Origin: an uncultured Candidatus Saccharibacteria bacterium
GTDB taxonomy: Bacteria; Patescibacteriota; Minisyncoccia; UBA6257; 1-14-0-10-44-23
NCBI GenBank assembly: GCA_964394435.1
Contig: CAYMXN010000001.1
Coordinates: forward strand, 235,928 to 299,927
Direction: 5' to 3'
Length of the DNA stretch: 64,000 nt
The first letter of the stretch is position 1. The number at the start of each line of letters is the position of its first letter. Below, in pieces: positions 56,977-64,000 of the stretch. Both the position numbers and the translations under genes were made by a program. The notes beneath the pieces were generated by a model. That model did not search any database, had not been told where the DNA came from, and worked only from the letters and a program-made list of their open reading frames with translations.

Positions 56977-57174
56977 CGAAATCTCCAGTTGGTCCGGAAG
57001 GACCGTGAATCCACTTCGGGCGTTTCCGCTCAGGTAGGACGACACCTCTGGATAAGCACTTTATTTTACAACCCGGCTTGGAAGGTTGTCCGCTCTGCGA
57101 GCAGCGTTTTAGGCGCAAATACGCTCAAAACACTGCTCACGAACGGTCTATTTCAATGAACGACTTAGATATTT

Positions 57175-57203
57175 AATATAGCATATTTTTATGCTTTTGT
57201 CAA
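57175..57203 (-). promoter_or_regulatory. Promoter TTGACA-N17-TGcTATATT with GCATA-AAAA-TATGC palindrome in the spacer
   Basis: Minus strand reads gaTTGACAaaaGCATAaaaaTATGCTATATTaaat. Leaves a leader of about 190 nt before the DHH-like ATG. Confidence 0.65.
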
Positions 57204-57224
57204 TCTATCTCTTTTTGTTCCTTC

Positions 57225-58958
57225 CTACCCCTTTCTGCTCAATTGTTGATACTCCTGGATGAGTTTTTCGAGCAGTTGATGGTCCCCGGCACGTTCGGCG
57301 GCAGCCATCTGCCCCTGAATCTCCTGACGCCTCTGTTTTGCCCCCTCCTGGCGTAGTCCACGTACAATATCTTCAAACTCCTTCTTTACCTTTTTCGGGT
57401 CGTCGCTTACCACCAAACTCGCGTGCATCTGAAGCAGGCCAACTCGCGCGGCATCTTCTTGCGATAACTGCGCAACCTGCCCACCCTCGATATATGCATA
57501 TATCGCCTGATAGGTTTCCGGAATATACTCTCGCACTCCCTTTGATTCGATTAGTAATCCGGCTGTGTCATTTAAGAGCATCTCTAACAAACGCTCGACG
57601 AGAATGTCTTTACGCGTTGTTGGCTCGGGAATATCTACGTTGCCGTTTACCTCTTTAGGCGCACTACTACCTGCGAGATCGAGCTTGATCTGACTCATTT
57701 CAGCTATCAACGTCTGCTCGGCGATGCCGCTCATACGAGCAAGCTGGTGGAGCCAGTGGTTTTGTTCTACTGGACTACTCACCTGCTTAATTTTGCCAAG
57801 CGCCTGTCGTACCGCTTTTTTCTTACTTGCTATGTCAGTCGCCCGACCGATGCCGTAGAAGTTGAAGTAATACTCCATTGCGGGCACCGATCTTTCAATT
57901 AACTCTTTCATATGCCCCGGTCGAGACTTAGCGATATCGGCCGGATCTTTAAGATTCGGGTCGTCAAAGATAACTACTTTGACATTAAAGTCATTGGCTT
58001 GCGCCAGGTCGATTGTACGCTCGGCTGCCGCCTTGCCCGCGTTGTCGTTATCAAAAGAGAGCACGAGATTCTCCGCAAACCGGCGAATGGTCTTAAGGTG
58101 GTCGGCGGTAAGCGCGGTGCCGGAGGTGGCGACGAGATTTTTCACGCCATCCTGATAGGTGGCGATAAAATCCATCTGCCCCTCAACTAATACCGCGGTG
58201 TTGGCGTCGCGAATGTCATTTTTTGTTTTCCAAAAGCCAAATAGGAGGCGCGACTTGTTAAAAATAGGCGTTTCTGGACTGTTTACGTACTTTCCGATAT
58301 CCGCGCTCTCGTTGCCCGGCATAACACGCCCCGTAAAACCGATCACTTTCCCGAAGTGATTGTGGAGCGGAAACATAATTCGGTTGCGGAACCGGTCCAT
58401 ATACATTCCCCGCTCGGTTTTAAAGATTAACCCAGCTCGCTCAATATCGGCGGTCGCGTACCCGAGTTTTGTTACGTGGCGAAGTAGCGCGTCCATACCT
58501 GGACCCGCCATACCAATCTCAAACTCTTCAATCGTCTTCTCGGTTAGGCCGCGGCCGGTGAGATACGCTTTTGCTGGACGCCCCATATCCTCGGCGAGCG
58601 TCTGCTTGTAAAAATCTTTTGCGATTCGATTGAGCTCGTACAAGACGTCATACTTTTTCTGATCTTGGTTACCGTGCGTCTTAAGCTCAACCCCTGCTTT
58701 GTCAGCTAAAATTTTGAGTGCGTCTAAAAACTCGATGTTTTCATAACGCATCGTAAATCCGATTACATCTCCCCCGAGCCCACACCCAAAGCAGTGCCAG
58801 ATGCCACGGTCGGGCGAGACCATGAATGATGGGGATTTCTCTTTGTGAAATGGGCAAATTCCCTTCAGGTTTTTCCCTGCTGGTGCGAGCGCGACATACT
58901 GCTTAATAAATTCAGCGATGTCGATTTTTTCTTTGATGAGATCGGTGGTTTCGGCCAT
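57225..58958 (-). CDS. dnaG: DNA primase DnaG
   Basis: Zinc ribbon CPFHKEKSPSFMVSPDRGIWHCFGCG; TOPRIM LVEGQMDFIA...SFDNDNAGKAAA. Confidence 0.95.
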   Translation of the reverse strand: MAETTDLIKEKIDIAEFIKQYVALAPAGKNLKGICPFHKEKSPSFMVSPDRGIWHCFGCGLGGDVIGFTMRYENIEFLDALKILADKAGVELKTHGNQDQKKYDVLYELNRIAKDFYKQTLAEDMGRPAKAYLTGRGLTEKTIEEFEIGMAGPGMDALLRHVTKLGYATADIERAGLIFKTERGMYMDRFRNRIMFPLHNHFGKVIGFTGRVMPGNESADIGKYVNSPETPIFNKSRLLFGFWKTKNDIRDANTAVLVEGQMDFIATYQDGVKNLVATSGTALTADHLKTIRRFAENLVLSFDNDNAGKAAAERTIDLAQANDFNVKVVIFDDPNLKDPADIAKSRPGHMKELIERSVPAMEYYFNFYGIGRATDIASKKKAVRQALGKIKQVSSPVEQNHWLHQLARMSGIAEQTLIAEMSQIKLDLAGSSAPKEVNGNVDIPEPTTRKDILVERLLEMLLNDTAGLLIESKGVREYIPETYQAIYAYIEGGQVAQLSQEDAARVGLLQMHASLVVSDDPKKVKKEFEDIVRGLRQEGAKQRRQEIQGQMAAAERAGDHQLLEKLIQEYQQLSRKG

Positions 58959-58970
58959 ACAATTGCTGTT

Positions 58971-58991
58971 AGCTTATAGCTTATAGCTTTT
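58971..58991. repeat. Tandem heptamer agcttat-agcttat-agctttt
   Basis: Direct reading of the dnaG/59036 divergent intergenic region. Confidence 0.8.
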
Positions 58992-59035
58992 AGGGAACAG
59001 AAGCAAAGCGGTTGCAAAGAGTATATACAATCGAT

Positions 59036-59440
59036 ATGCTTTCCTTGGCCTATCTGGAGGCTCGCGTGGCAAAAAAGCTCACATTCGCCCAGCGAATTTA
59101 CCAAAAGCGAAAGGCGTGGCTCAAGGCCCACCCCGCTACGGCTCGACGATACAAGAAGCGCGCTCAAGAGTATGCGCGTCGGCGCTATCAAGAACTTAAG
59201 CGTCAACGCTACGAGATGAGCACTCCCTGTATCCGCTGTGGTCATGCAGCAGACCACATCTTTTACGGTAAGTGTCAGGCGGGGCAGAGCGTTGCCGAAC
59301 AGATGCTGCGCCCCAAGGAGACGTTTGATCATTGGCTGCAGCGCATTGCGAAGCAGAGGTGCGACTGCCCCATCCATATCTCGATTCTCCCCCGCGAAAA
59401 ACCCGCCCAGAGCCGGTCCAGTAAATCTTCCGAGCGATGA
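59036..59440 (+). CDS. Small basic Cys/His-rich protein (possible zinc-finger/HNH-like)
   Basis: CIRCGHAADHIFYGKC ... RCDCPIH motifs; K/R-rich N-terminus; terminator agcgatga...tcatcgct plus T-run after the stop. Start uncertain (TTG 59012 or ATG 59036) and no clear SD. Confidence 0.45.
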   Translation: MLSLAYLEARVAKKLTFAQRIYQKRKAWLKAHPATARRYKKRAQEYARRRYQELKRQRYEMSTPCIRCGHAADHIFYGKCQAGQSVAEQMLRPKETFDHWLQRIAKQRCDCPIHISILPREKPAQSRSSKSSER

Positions 59441-59531
59441 CTCACCCGCTGAATCATCGCTCTTGCTTTTTTATATGAAAGTGTATATACTAGCCCTATT
59501 GTCAAATTAGTAGCTATAGAAACTTACATTT

Positions 59532-59888
59532 ATGCGACACTGTGCAGTCTGTGGAAAAACTTCAAAGATGGGCGGTACCCGAAAACTTCTTCGTGGTCAC
59601 TACAACCCAACCAACTGGACCCGAAAGTACCCAAACCTCCAGTTGACCTTAACTCCTGACGGTGAGCGCCTTTTGGCTTGCACCCAGTGTATTCGCACCT
59701 TTAGTAAAGCTGCTCGCCTCGAGAAAAAGAAAGCCCTCAAGACCGAAGCTGCTCAAAAAGCTACTGTCGCAGCTCCAGTTGCCGAGAAGAAGGCAGAAGA
59801 GCCTAAAGCAGAAAAAGCCAAGGCACCTAAAAAGCCTCGCGTCCCATCGAAGAACAAGAAAGAGCCTAAAGCCAAAAAAACCGCGTAA
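59532..59888 (+). CDS. rpmB: 50S ribosomal protein L28 with Lys/Ala/Pro-rich C-terminal extension
   Basis: CAVCGKTSKMGGTRKLLRGHYNPTNWTRKYPNLQ core, then a ~50-aa KKAEEPKAEKAKAPKKPR tail; followed by a terminator. Confidence 0.8.
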   Translation: MRHCAVCGKTSKMGGTRKLLRGHYNPTNWTRKYPNLQLTLTPDGERLLACTQCIRTFSKAARLEKKKALKTEAAQKATVAAPVAEKKAEEPKAEKAKAPKKPRVPSKNKKEPKAKKTA

Positions 59889-59901
59889 GCGGTTTTTTTG
59901 A

Positions 59902-60624
59902 TCACCCATTCCAATTTCCAAACCGTTCGGCAAATACATTTTCATACGCAAATCCGGAGACTAGTAGGTTTTGCGTTATAGCCTCAACAAACGGGGTCGA
60001 TCCACATACATAGATGCGTGGCTTCTGGTCTTTTATCCGCCCGAGAACTTCTTCAAGCATCTTGCGATCGATGCGTCGTGCGTATCCACTCCATTCTTGA
60101 GGCGGACGCTTTGTGTATGTCGTGACGAGCTCAAAGCTGGGATGATTTTGCGCATAGCGCTCAAGCTCGGCTTGATATAAAAAGTAGTCGGGCGATTGGA
60201 CGCTAATCAAGGCGATAACCTGCCGCTGCTTACCCGACTCGATGTGATGCCGGAGCATACTCATCAGCGGAGCAAGCCCACACCCACCCGCGACCAGCAC
60301 CAGTGGCTCTGAAAAACTTGATCGCCAGGTAAAATCACTAACTGGTGCGAGCTGAAGCTCGACCCGGTCTCCCGTGTTCATCTTTGCGAGCTGCGGAGTA
60401 ATACGACCAGTTGGCGTAATTTGAATCGCAAACTCAACCTGATCTTTTTGTGACGGCGCAGACACAATCGAGTACTGCCGGATGTTATGTGTATCACTAA
60501 CTAAGCGTAGTAAGTAGTGCTGACCTGGAAGATGTGGCTGCCAATTTGGCAATGAAAAAGTTAAACCGATAATATCAGTCGCCAACTGTTCTTTTTTGAC
60601 TAATGTCGCCAGTTGCCAGCTCAT
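59902..60624 (-). CDS. Ferredoxin-NADP reductase-like FAD/NAD(P)-binding oxidoreductase
   Basis: RQYSIVS (RxYS FAD motif), LVLVAGGCGLAP NAD motif, 240 aa. Confidence 0.75.
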   Translation of the reverse strand: MSWQLATLVKKEQLATDIIGLTFSLPNWQPHLPGQHYLLRLVSDTHNIRQYSIVSAPSQKDQVEFAIQITPTGRITPQLAKMNTGDRVELQLAPVSDFTWRSSFSEPLVLVAGGCGLAPLMSMLRHHIESGKQRQVIALISVQSPDYFLYQAELERYAQNHPSFELVTTYTKRPPQEWSGYARRIDRKMLEEVLGRIKDQKPRIYVCGSTPFVEAITQNLLVSGFAYENVFAERFGNWNG

Positions 60625-60903
60625 CTACTGATCGATTTTCTTCTTGCCCCAACGCCACTCGGGTTTTTCACCGGTAAGAAAACAGATGCCAATAAGGGCG
60701 ACAGTTGAAACAATATATGGAATCACGAGACCGTAGAGCGTATCGCTGCCGGAGTGCGACGCACTATCGATTTTTAGAAAAAAGAAAATTATCACTACAA
60801 AATAGAGCGCTAAAACCATCCACCCCTCCCAACTGGCTGGCGTCCATCCCCACCCATACGTTTTATTTTTAAACCAGAGTTTTTTCATATTATTACCGAA
60901 CAT
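60625..60903 (-). CDS. Small membrane protein
   Basis: 92 aa, 2 TM helices; stop/start abutment with the downstream gene. Confidence 0.55.
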   Translation of the reverse strand: MFGNNMKKLWFKNKTYGWGWTPASWEGWMVLALYFVVIIFFFLKIDSASHSGSDTLYGLVIPYIVSTVALIGICFLTGEKPEWRWGKKKIDQ

Positions 60904-60942
60904 TGTTTACTGAGTTAACTCGCCCTGAGCGAAGCCGAAGGG

Positions 60943-61013
60943 TCGGGCTGCCGGGAATCGAACCCGGACCGCACACTCCCGAAGCGTGCATACTGCCACT
61001 ATACGACAGCCCG
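60943..61013 (-). tRNA. tRNA-Pro (CGG), no encoded CCA
   Basis: Acceptor CGGGCTG/CAGCCCG plus discriminator A. Anticodon arm CACGC-TTCGGGA-GTGTG. T arm CCGGG-TTCGATT-CCCGG. The D region is 1 nt shorter than standard. Confidence 0.8.
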
Positions 61014-61171
61014 TCTTCGTCGCGCCGAAGCTCGACTACGACGAGGCGAGGCCCGTTAGGAGAGCGAAGGCGGACATAATCAAAGCGCCGTAGCGTACAT
61101 TCGACGGGATAACCCGCCCATCGCCTACTAGCGTCGATGTTTTATAGAATATATTGAAAAGAGACGAAAGT

Positions 61172-61504
61172 CTATCGATTATCCCCCTGCCCCTTGATTA
61201 CATCTCGTTGCTTGCGGTCGGCAAGCTTTTTGATATTGCGAGCTACTACTTCTTCGAGTGGAATACCAAGTTCGTGCGCAATAACTGCGACATACCATAA
61301 CACATCGTTAAGCTCCTTTTTTAAATCTTCTTGGTCTTCATTGGTAATTATCCCATTGCGGTATGCGACGATTTTTTTCCATTTTTCAACTACCTCGCCG
61401 GCTTCGCCAGCAATGCCAAGCATCCAAATTGTTTTTTGCATCAATGGGTCGGCGTTACCCTCGAGCGTAGTGAGCGCTATTTTCTGATACTCATCAAATG
61501 TCAT
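61172..61504 (-). CDS. mazG: MazG-type nucleotide pyrophosphohydrolase domain protein
   Basis: 110 aa with GIAGEAGEVVEKWKK and ELNDVLWYVAVIAHELGIPLEEV motifs. Confidence 0.8.
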   Translation of the reverse strand: MTFDEYQKIALTTLEGNADPLMQKTIWMLGIAGEAGEVVEKWKKIVAYRNGIITNEDQEDLKKELNDVLWYVAVIAHELGIPLEEVVARNIKKLADRKQRDVIKGQGDNR

Positions 61505-61550
61505 AGATATATTTATTTATCTTGATCTTCGCTATACATTAAAACCGATT

Positions 61551-62204
61551 TTAAGCCTCTGGCGATTCAGCCAAACCGCTCCATGCAATTGGATTCTTCT
61601 TAAACATTTTAATTGTCTTGACCATGTTGCGCCCAACCATCGGCGAGCCCTCCCAAGCCCACGAAACTGCCTGCCTGTCCGTATTATTCCACTTCGCCGG
61701 ATGCCACAATACGGAGTTCGGAGGAATAAGTACTCCCATCTGTGCCAGCGCCCCCACCATCAACATAGCAGCCATCTCTAAACCTCCTTCGTTCTCCTTT
61801 GAGGCTGAAATAAATGCTGCAACTTTACCCTCTAACTGGAAACCATCATTCTCGAGCGGTGTCAGGTGCTCGATAAAATCCTTCATTGCCGCACTCATAT
61901 TTGCCCAATAAACCGGAGTTGCTAACACCAACCCGTCCGCACGCAAAATCTCTGGATACAGCTTCACAATATCGTCCTGCGGCATCATCGAAGGCGTCTC
62001 CTTATTCGGATCCTGACTGTAATAGCCCGGAGTGCGAACTGAATTCAATTCATAGAGATGGATGACTTTCGTCTCCGCCCCCTCTTTCTGCGCACCCTCT
62101 AAGACCCTATTCAGCAACTGCATCACAATCCCATCTTTATGCGGAGAACCATTAATACCCAACACAAACGGTTTTTTGGTCTTTGCAATCATCCTCTTAA
62201 GCAT
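61551..62204 (-). CDS. NADPH-dependent FMN reductase/flavodoxin-like oxidoreductase
   Basis: VLGINGSPHKDG start motif and LATPVYWANMSAAMK. Confidence 0.75.
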   Translation of the reverse strand: MLKRMIAKTKKPFVLGINGSPHKDGIVMQLLNRVLEGAQKEGAETKVIHLYELNSVRTPGYYSQDPNKETPSMMPQDDIVKLYPEILRADGLVLATPVYWANMSAAMKDFIEHLTPLENDGFQLEGKVAAFISASKENEGGLEMAAMLMVGALAQMGVLIPPNSVLWHPAKWNNTDRQAVSWAWEGSPMVGRNMVKTIKMFKKNPIAWSGLAESPEA

Positions 62205-62209
62205 ATAAG

Positions 62210-63733
62210 TTATTCAACTGAATATTTTTTCTTTATTTCATTATCAATCTTCTCTTGCTCCCCGGCCGCCCGCTCTTTCGACTTCTGAGACATTTTCACG
62301 AGCTCCTTCACCGACAGCTTCGCCAACGCCTTCACTCGCGCCAAAAGCAACTCTTTTTCATTCAATTCCGGCTTATCCAGCACCTCTTCGAGAAGTATGG
62401 CGATAATCGCACCGATAGCCGGGCCCGGCTCAACACCAGCAGCCTCAATCACCTCCTGTCCTTTAACCGCAAGCATCTTGGCGCTCACCGGGTCGGTCTT
62501 CACCTTTTCAATCATCGCCTGGAGATACCGCAAACGATACGGCTGCGCCTTTGGCACACCAGAACCAATTCGATCGGCTTCACGTACTTTAATCAGCGCC
62601 TCAACGTTATCCGTACCCACCCGACTCACCAGGCGACGAACACCGGAAAGCGTGACCACCTCCGGGTCATACACGAACATGTGTTCATAAACGAGCAGCG
62701 AAACCTTCTCAATGATATCGTTGCTGTATTTTAAACGCTGCAAGATTGCGGTTGTTTGCTTGGCGCCGATTACTTGGTGACCATAAAACGTCCAATCTCC
62801 TTTTTTACCGCCGCGCGTTTTCTTCCCGGTTGGCGTATTTTTCCACTGTCGGCTTTTCGGCTTACCCACGTCGTGTAATAACGCCGCTAAACGCAAATCA
62901 AGCGGAAATTCTTTTTCTACCGCGTACTGAAGCGACTTGAGGTTATGTTCGTATACGCTATAGATATGGTGCTGGTTTTGCTCCATATCAACGCCTTCAA
63001 GGAGTTCTGGGATGACGTATTGCAATAAGCCAGTCTGCCGCATCAGTTCTACACCCTCGTGCCCGCGACTAGTCATCAGCAACTTACTGAACTCGTCACG
63101 GATACGCTCTTTAGCGATGAACTCCAATAACCCGGCATGCTTTTCAATCGCAGCCTTAGTATCTTTAGCGATCGTAAAACCAAGTTGAGCACTAAATCGA
63201 ACTGCGCGCATTAACCGAAGCGCGTCTTCAGTAAAGCGCTCATTCGCATTACCGACGGCGCGAATTTTCTCGTCTTTTAAATCTTCGCGGCCATCAAACG
63301 GGTCAACAATATACTCCTCGTCAATCTCCCCGTCACCTACTAATCCTTCGGGAATCTGCAGTGCCATGGCGTTAACGGTAAAATCACGGCGAGCCAAATC
63401 CTCTTCAACAGTCTTTGCGAACTTGACCTCGTCTGGATGACGCTTATCAGTATACTTTCCCTCTAATCGAAACGTTGTAATCTCGATAATCTTAATTCGC
63501 GGATCTTCAGAACGCGTTTTTACCCCAACTGTTCCAAACTGATTTTCGTACACACTGTCGGGAAATAATTTTTGCACTTCCTCGGGTTTTGCGTTAGTTG
63601 TGATATCCCAATCCTTTGGCTCAACTTTTAATAAGAGATCGCGAAGACAGCCGCCAACTAAATAGGCGGAATGACCGCTCTGCTGTAAAATCGCGGCAAT
63701 CTGGAGAACTTCTTTTGGTACTTTTACTTCCAT
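62210..63733 (-). CDS. cca: CCA-adding tRNA nucleotidyltransferase with HD domain and C-terminal extension
   Basis: YLVGGCLRDLLL, DWDITT and RDFTVNAMA head-domain motifs; HDVGK HD motif. Confidence 0.9.
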   Translation of the reverse strand: MEVKVPKEVLQIAAILQQSGHSAYLVGGCLRDLLLKVEPKDWDITTNAKPEEVQKLFPDSVYENQFGTVGVKTRSEDPRIKIIEITTFRLEGKYTDKRHPDEVKFAKTVEEDLARRDFTVNAMALQIPEGLVGDGEIDEEYIVDPFDGREDLKDEKIRAVGNANERFTEDALRLMRAVRFSAQLGFTIAKDTKAAIEKHAGLLEFIAKERIRDEFSKLLMTSRGHEGVELMRQTGLLQYVIPELLEGVDMEQNQHHIYSVYEHNLKSLQYAVEKEFPLDLRLAALLHDVGKPKSRQWKNTPTGKKTRGGKKGDWTFYGHQVIGAKQTTAILQRLKYSNDIIEKVSLLVYEHMFVYDPEVVTLSGVRRLVSRVGTDNVEALIKVREADRIGSGVPKAQPYRLRYLQAMIEKVKTDPVSAKMLAVKGQEVIEAAGVEPGPAIGAIIAILLEEVLDKPELNEKELLLARVKALAKLSVKELVKMSQKSKERAAGEQEKIDNEIKKKYSVE

Positions 63734-64000
63734 ACTCGTTTGTTATTAATCGCCTCTTTATCCCAAAAAGCTTTTTCAAGATCAATACCCATACCGTTAC
63801 AAATACCTAAAATGTGGATCAACACATCAGCTACCTCGTGCTCCGGATTATATTCAGTAGAGTGCTTGCCCGTTTTGATTCCAACTGACTTACGCGAAGC
63901 TTTCGCGAACTCACCAATCTCTTCAATGAGAAGCATAAACTTTTGCGGAACTGTCTCCTCGGCAAAACCACGCTCTTTTGCCTTTTTGGCGATATAGCGC
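63724..64000 (-). CDS. Second MazG-like pyrophosphohydrolase (5' end off window)
   Basis: The frame stays open upstream of the listed Met to the window edge (..RYIAKKAKERGFAEETVPQKFMLLIEEIGEFAKA..). EVADVLIHILGICNGMGIDLEKA motif. Overlaps the cca start by 10 nt. Confidence 0.7.
   Translation of the reverse strand, partial: RYIAKKAKERGFAEETVPQKFMLLIEEIGEFAKASRKSVGIKTGKHSTEYNPEHEVADVLIHILGICNGMGIDLEKAFWDKEAINNKRVWK

Noticed and set aside
56076-57159. ORFs 56076..56333 (+), 56393..56671 (+), 56619..57014 (-) and 56653..57159 (+) across the DHH-like island
   Set aside because: Same GC-rich shadow-ORF effect; R/P/S-rich translations with no expression signals.
58865-59377. 170-aa minus-strand ORF overlapping the dnaG start and the 59036..59440 gene
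   Set aside because: It overlaps the well-supported dnaG N-terminus in another frame, and the + strand ORF has the terminator. Neither is strongly supported, so the + ORF is kept at low confidence.
61014-61140. Small SRP (4.5S) RNA next to tRNA-Pro
   Set aside because: On the + strand GAGGCGAGGCCC resembles the 5' side of SRP helix 8 (CAGGUCAGGUCC). However, the loop is GUUA, the 3' AGCA/GGCA motif is absent, and the arms are very unequal.
1-64000. CRISPR arrays, IS elements, integrases/transposases, prophage genes, and direct repeats flanking the GC-rich islands
   Set aside because: None recognised on reading both strands. The only tandem repeat seen is the 3x heptamer at 58971-58991. The excisionase-type HTH (43195-43440) has no partner integrase.

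Overview
64-kb chromosomal window with most genes on the minus strand. The gene set is consistent with a small-genome, CPR/Patescibacteria-like bacterium, but no rRNA is present to confirm this. Contents: housekeeping genes (groES-groEL, trxB, alaS, rpoD, dnaG, rpmB, cca, rsmE, a TrmH-like methyltransferase, tRNA-Ser, tRNA-Pro); envelope and stress genes (P-type ATPase, M23 peptidase, MscL, HtpX, LemA, a GGDEF protein, a thiol-redox trio); and an ~18-kb glycan-biosynthesis locus (24.9-43.2 kb). That locus is followed by a Wzy_C/TPR membrane protein and a 1089-aa Thr/Ser-rich surface protein with a peptidoglycan-binding domain. The most unusual signal is compositional. Several very GC-rich single-gene cassettes (about 70% G+C in sampled lines, against 40-52% in neighbouring genes) sit in intergenic gaps between conserved genes. 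Each has its own AT-rich promoter, Shine-Dalgarno site and hairpin terminator, and no integrase or transposase is nearby. The three strongest are a CSD-like/coiled-coil protein (7750-8691), a Nudix-fold DUF4916-like protein (43571-44263), and a DHH-phosphoesterase-like protein (56143-56976) inserted between dnaG and rpoD. The Nudix-like and DHH-like genes are 12 kb apart but share a nearly identical promoter containing a GCATA-N3/4-TATGC palindrome, which suggests a co-regulated, horizontally acquired nucleotide-hydrolase pair. An orphan ~230-nt GC-rich structured RNA (19833-20064), with its own promoter and terminator and no ORF, is a second strong candidate for something undescribed. All functional calls come from motif recognition by eye; no database search was run.
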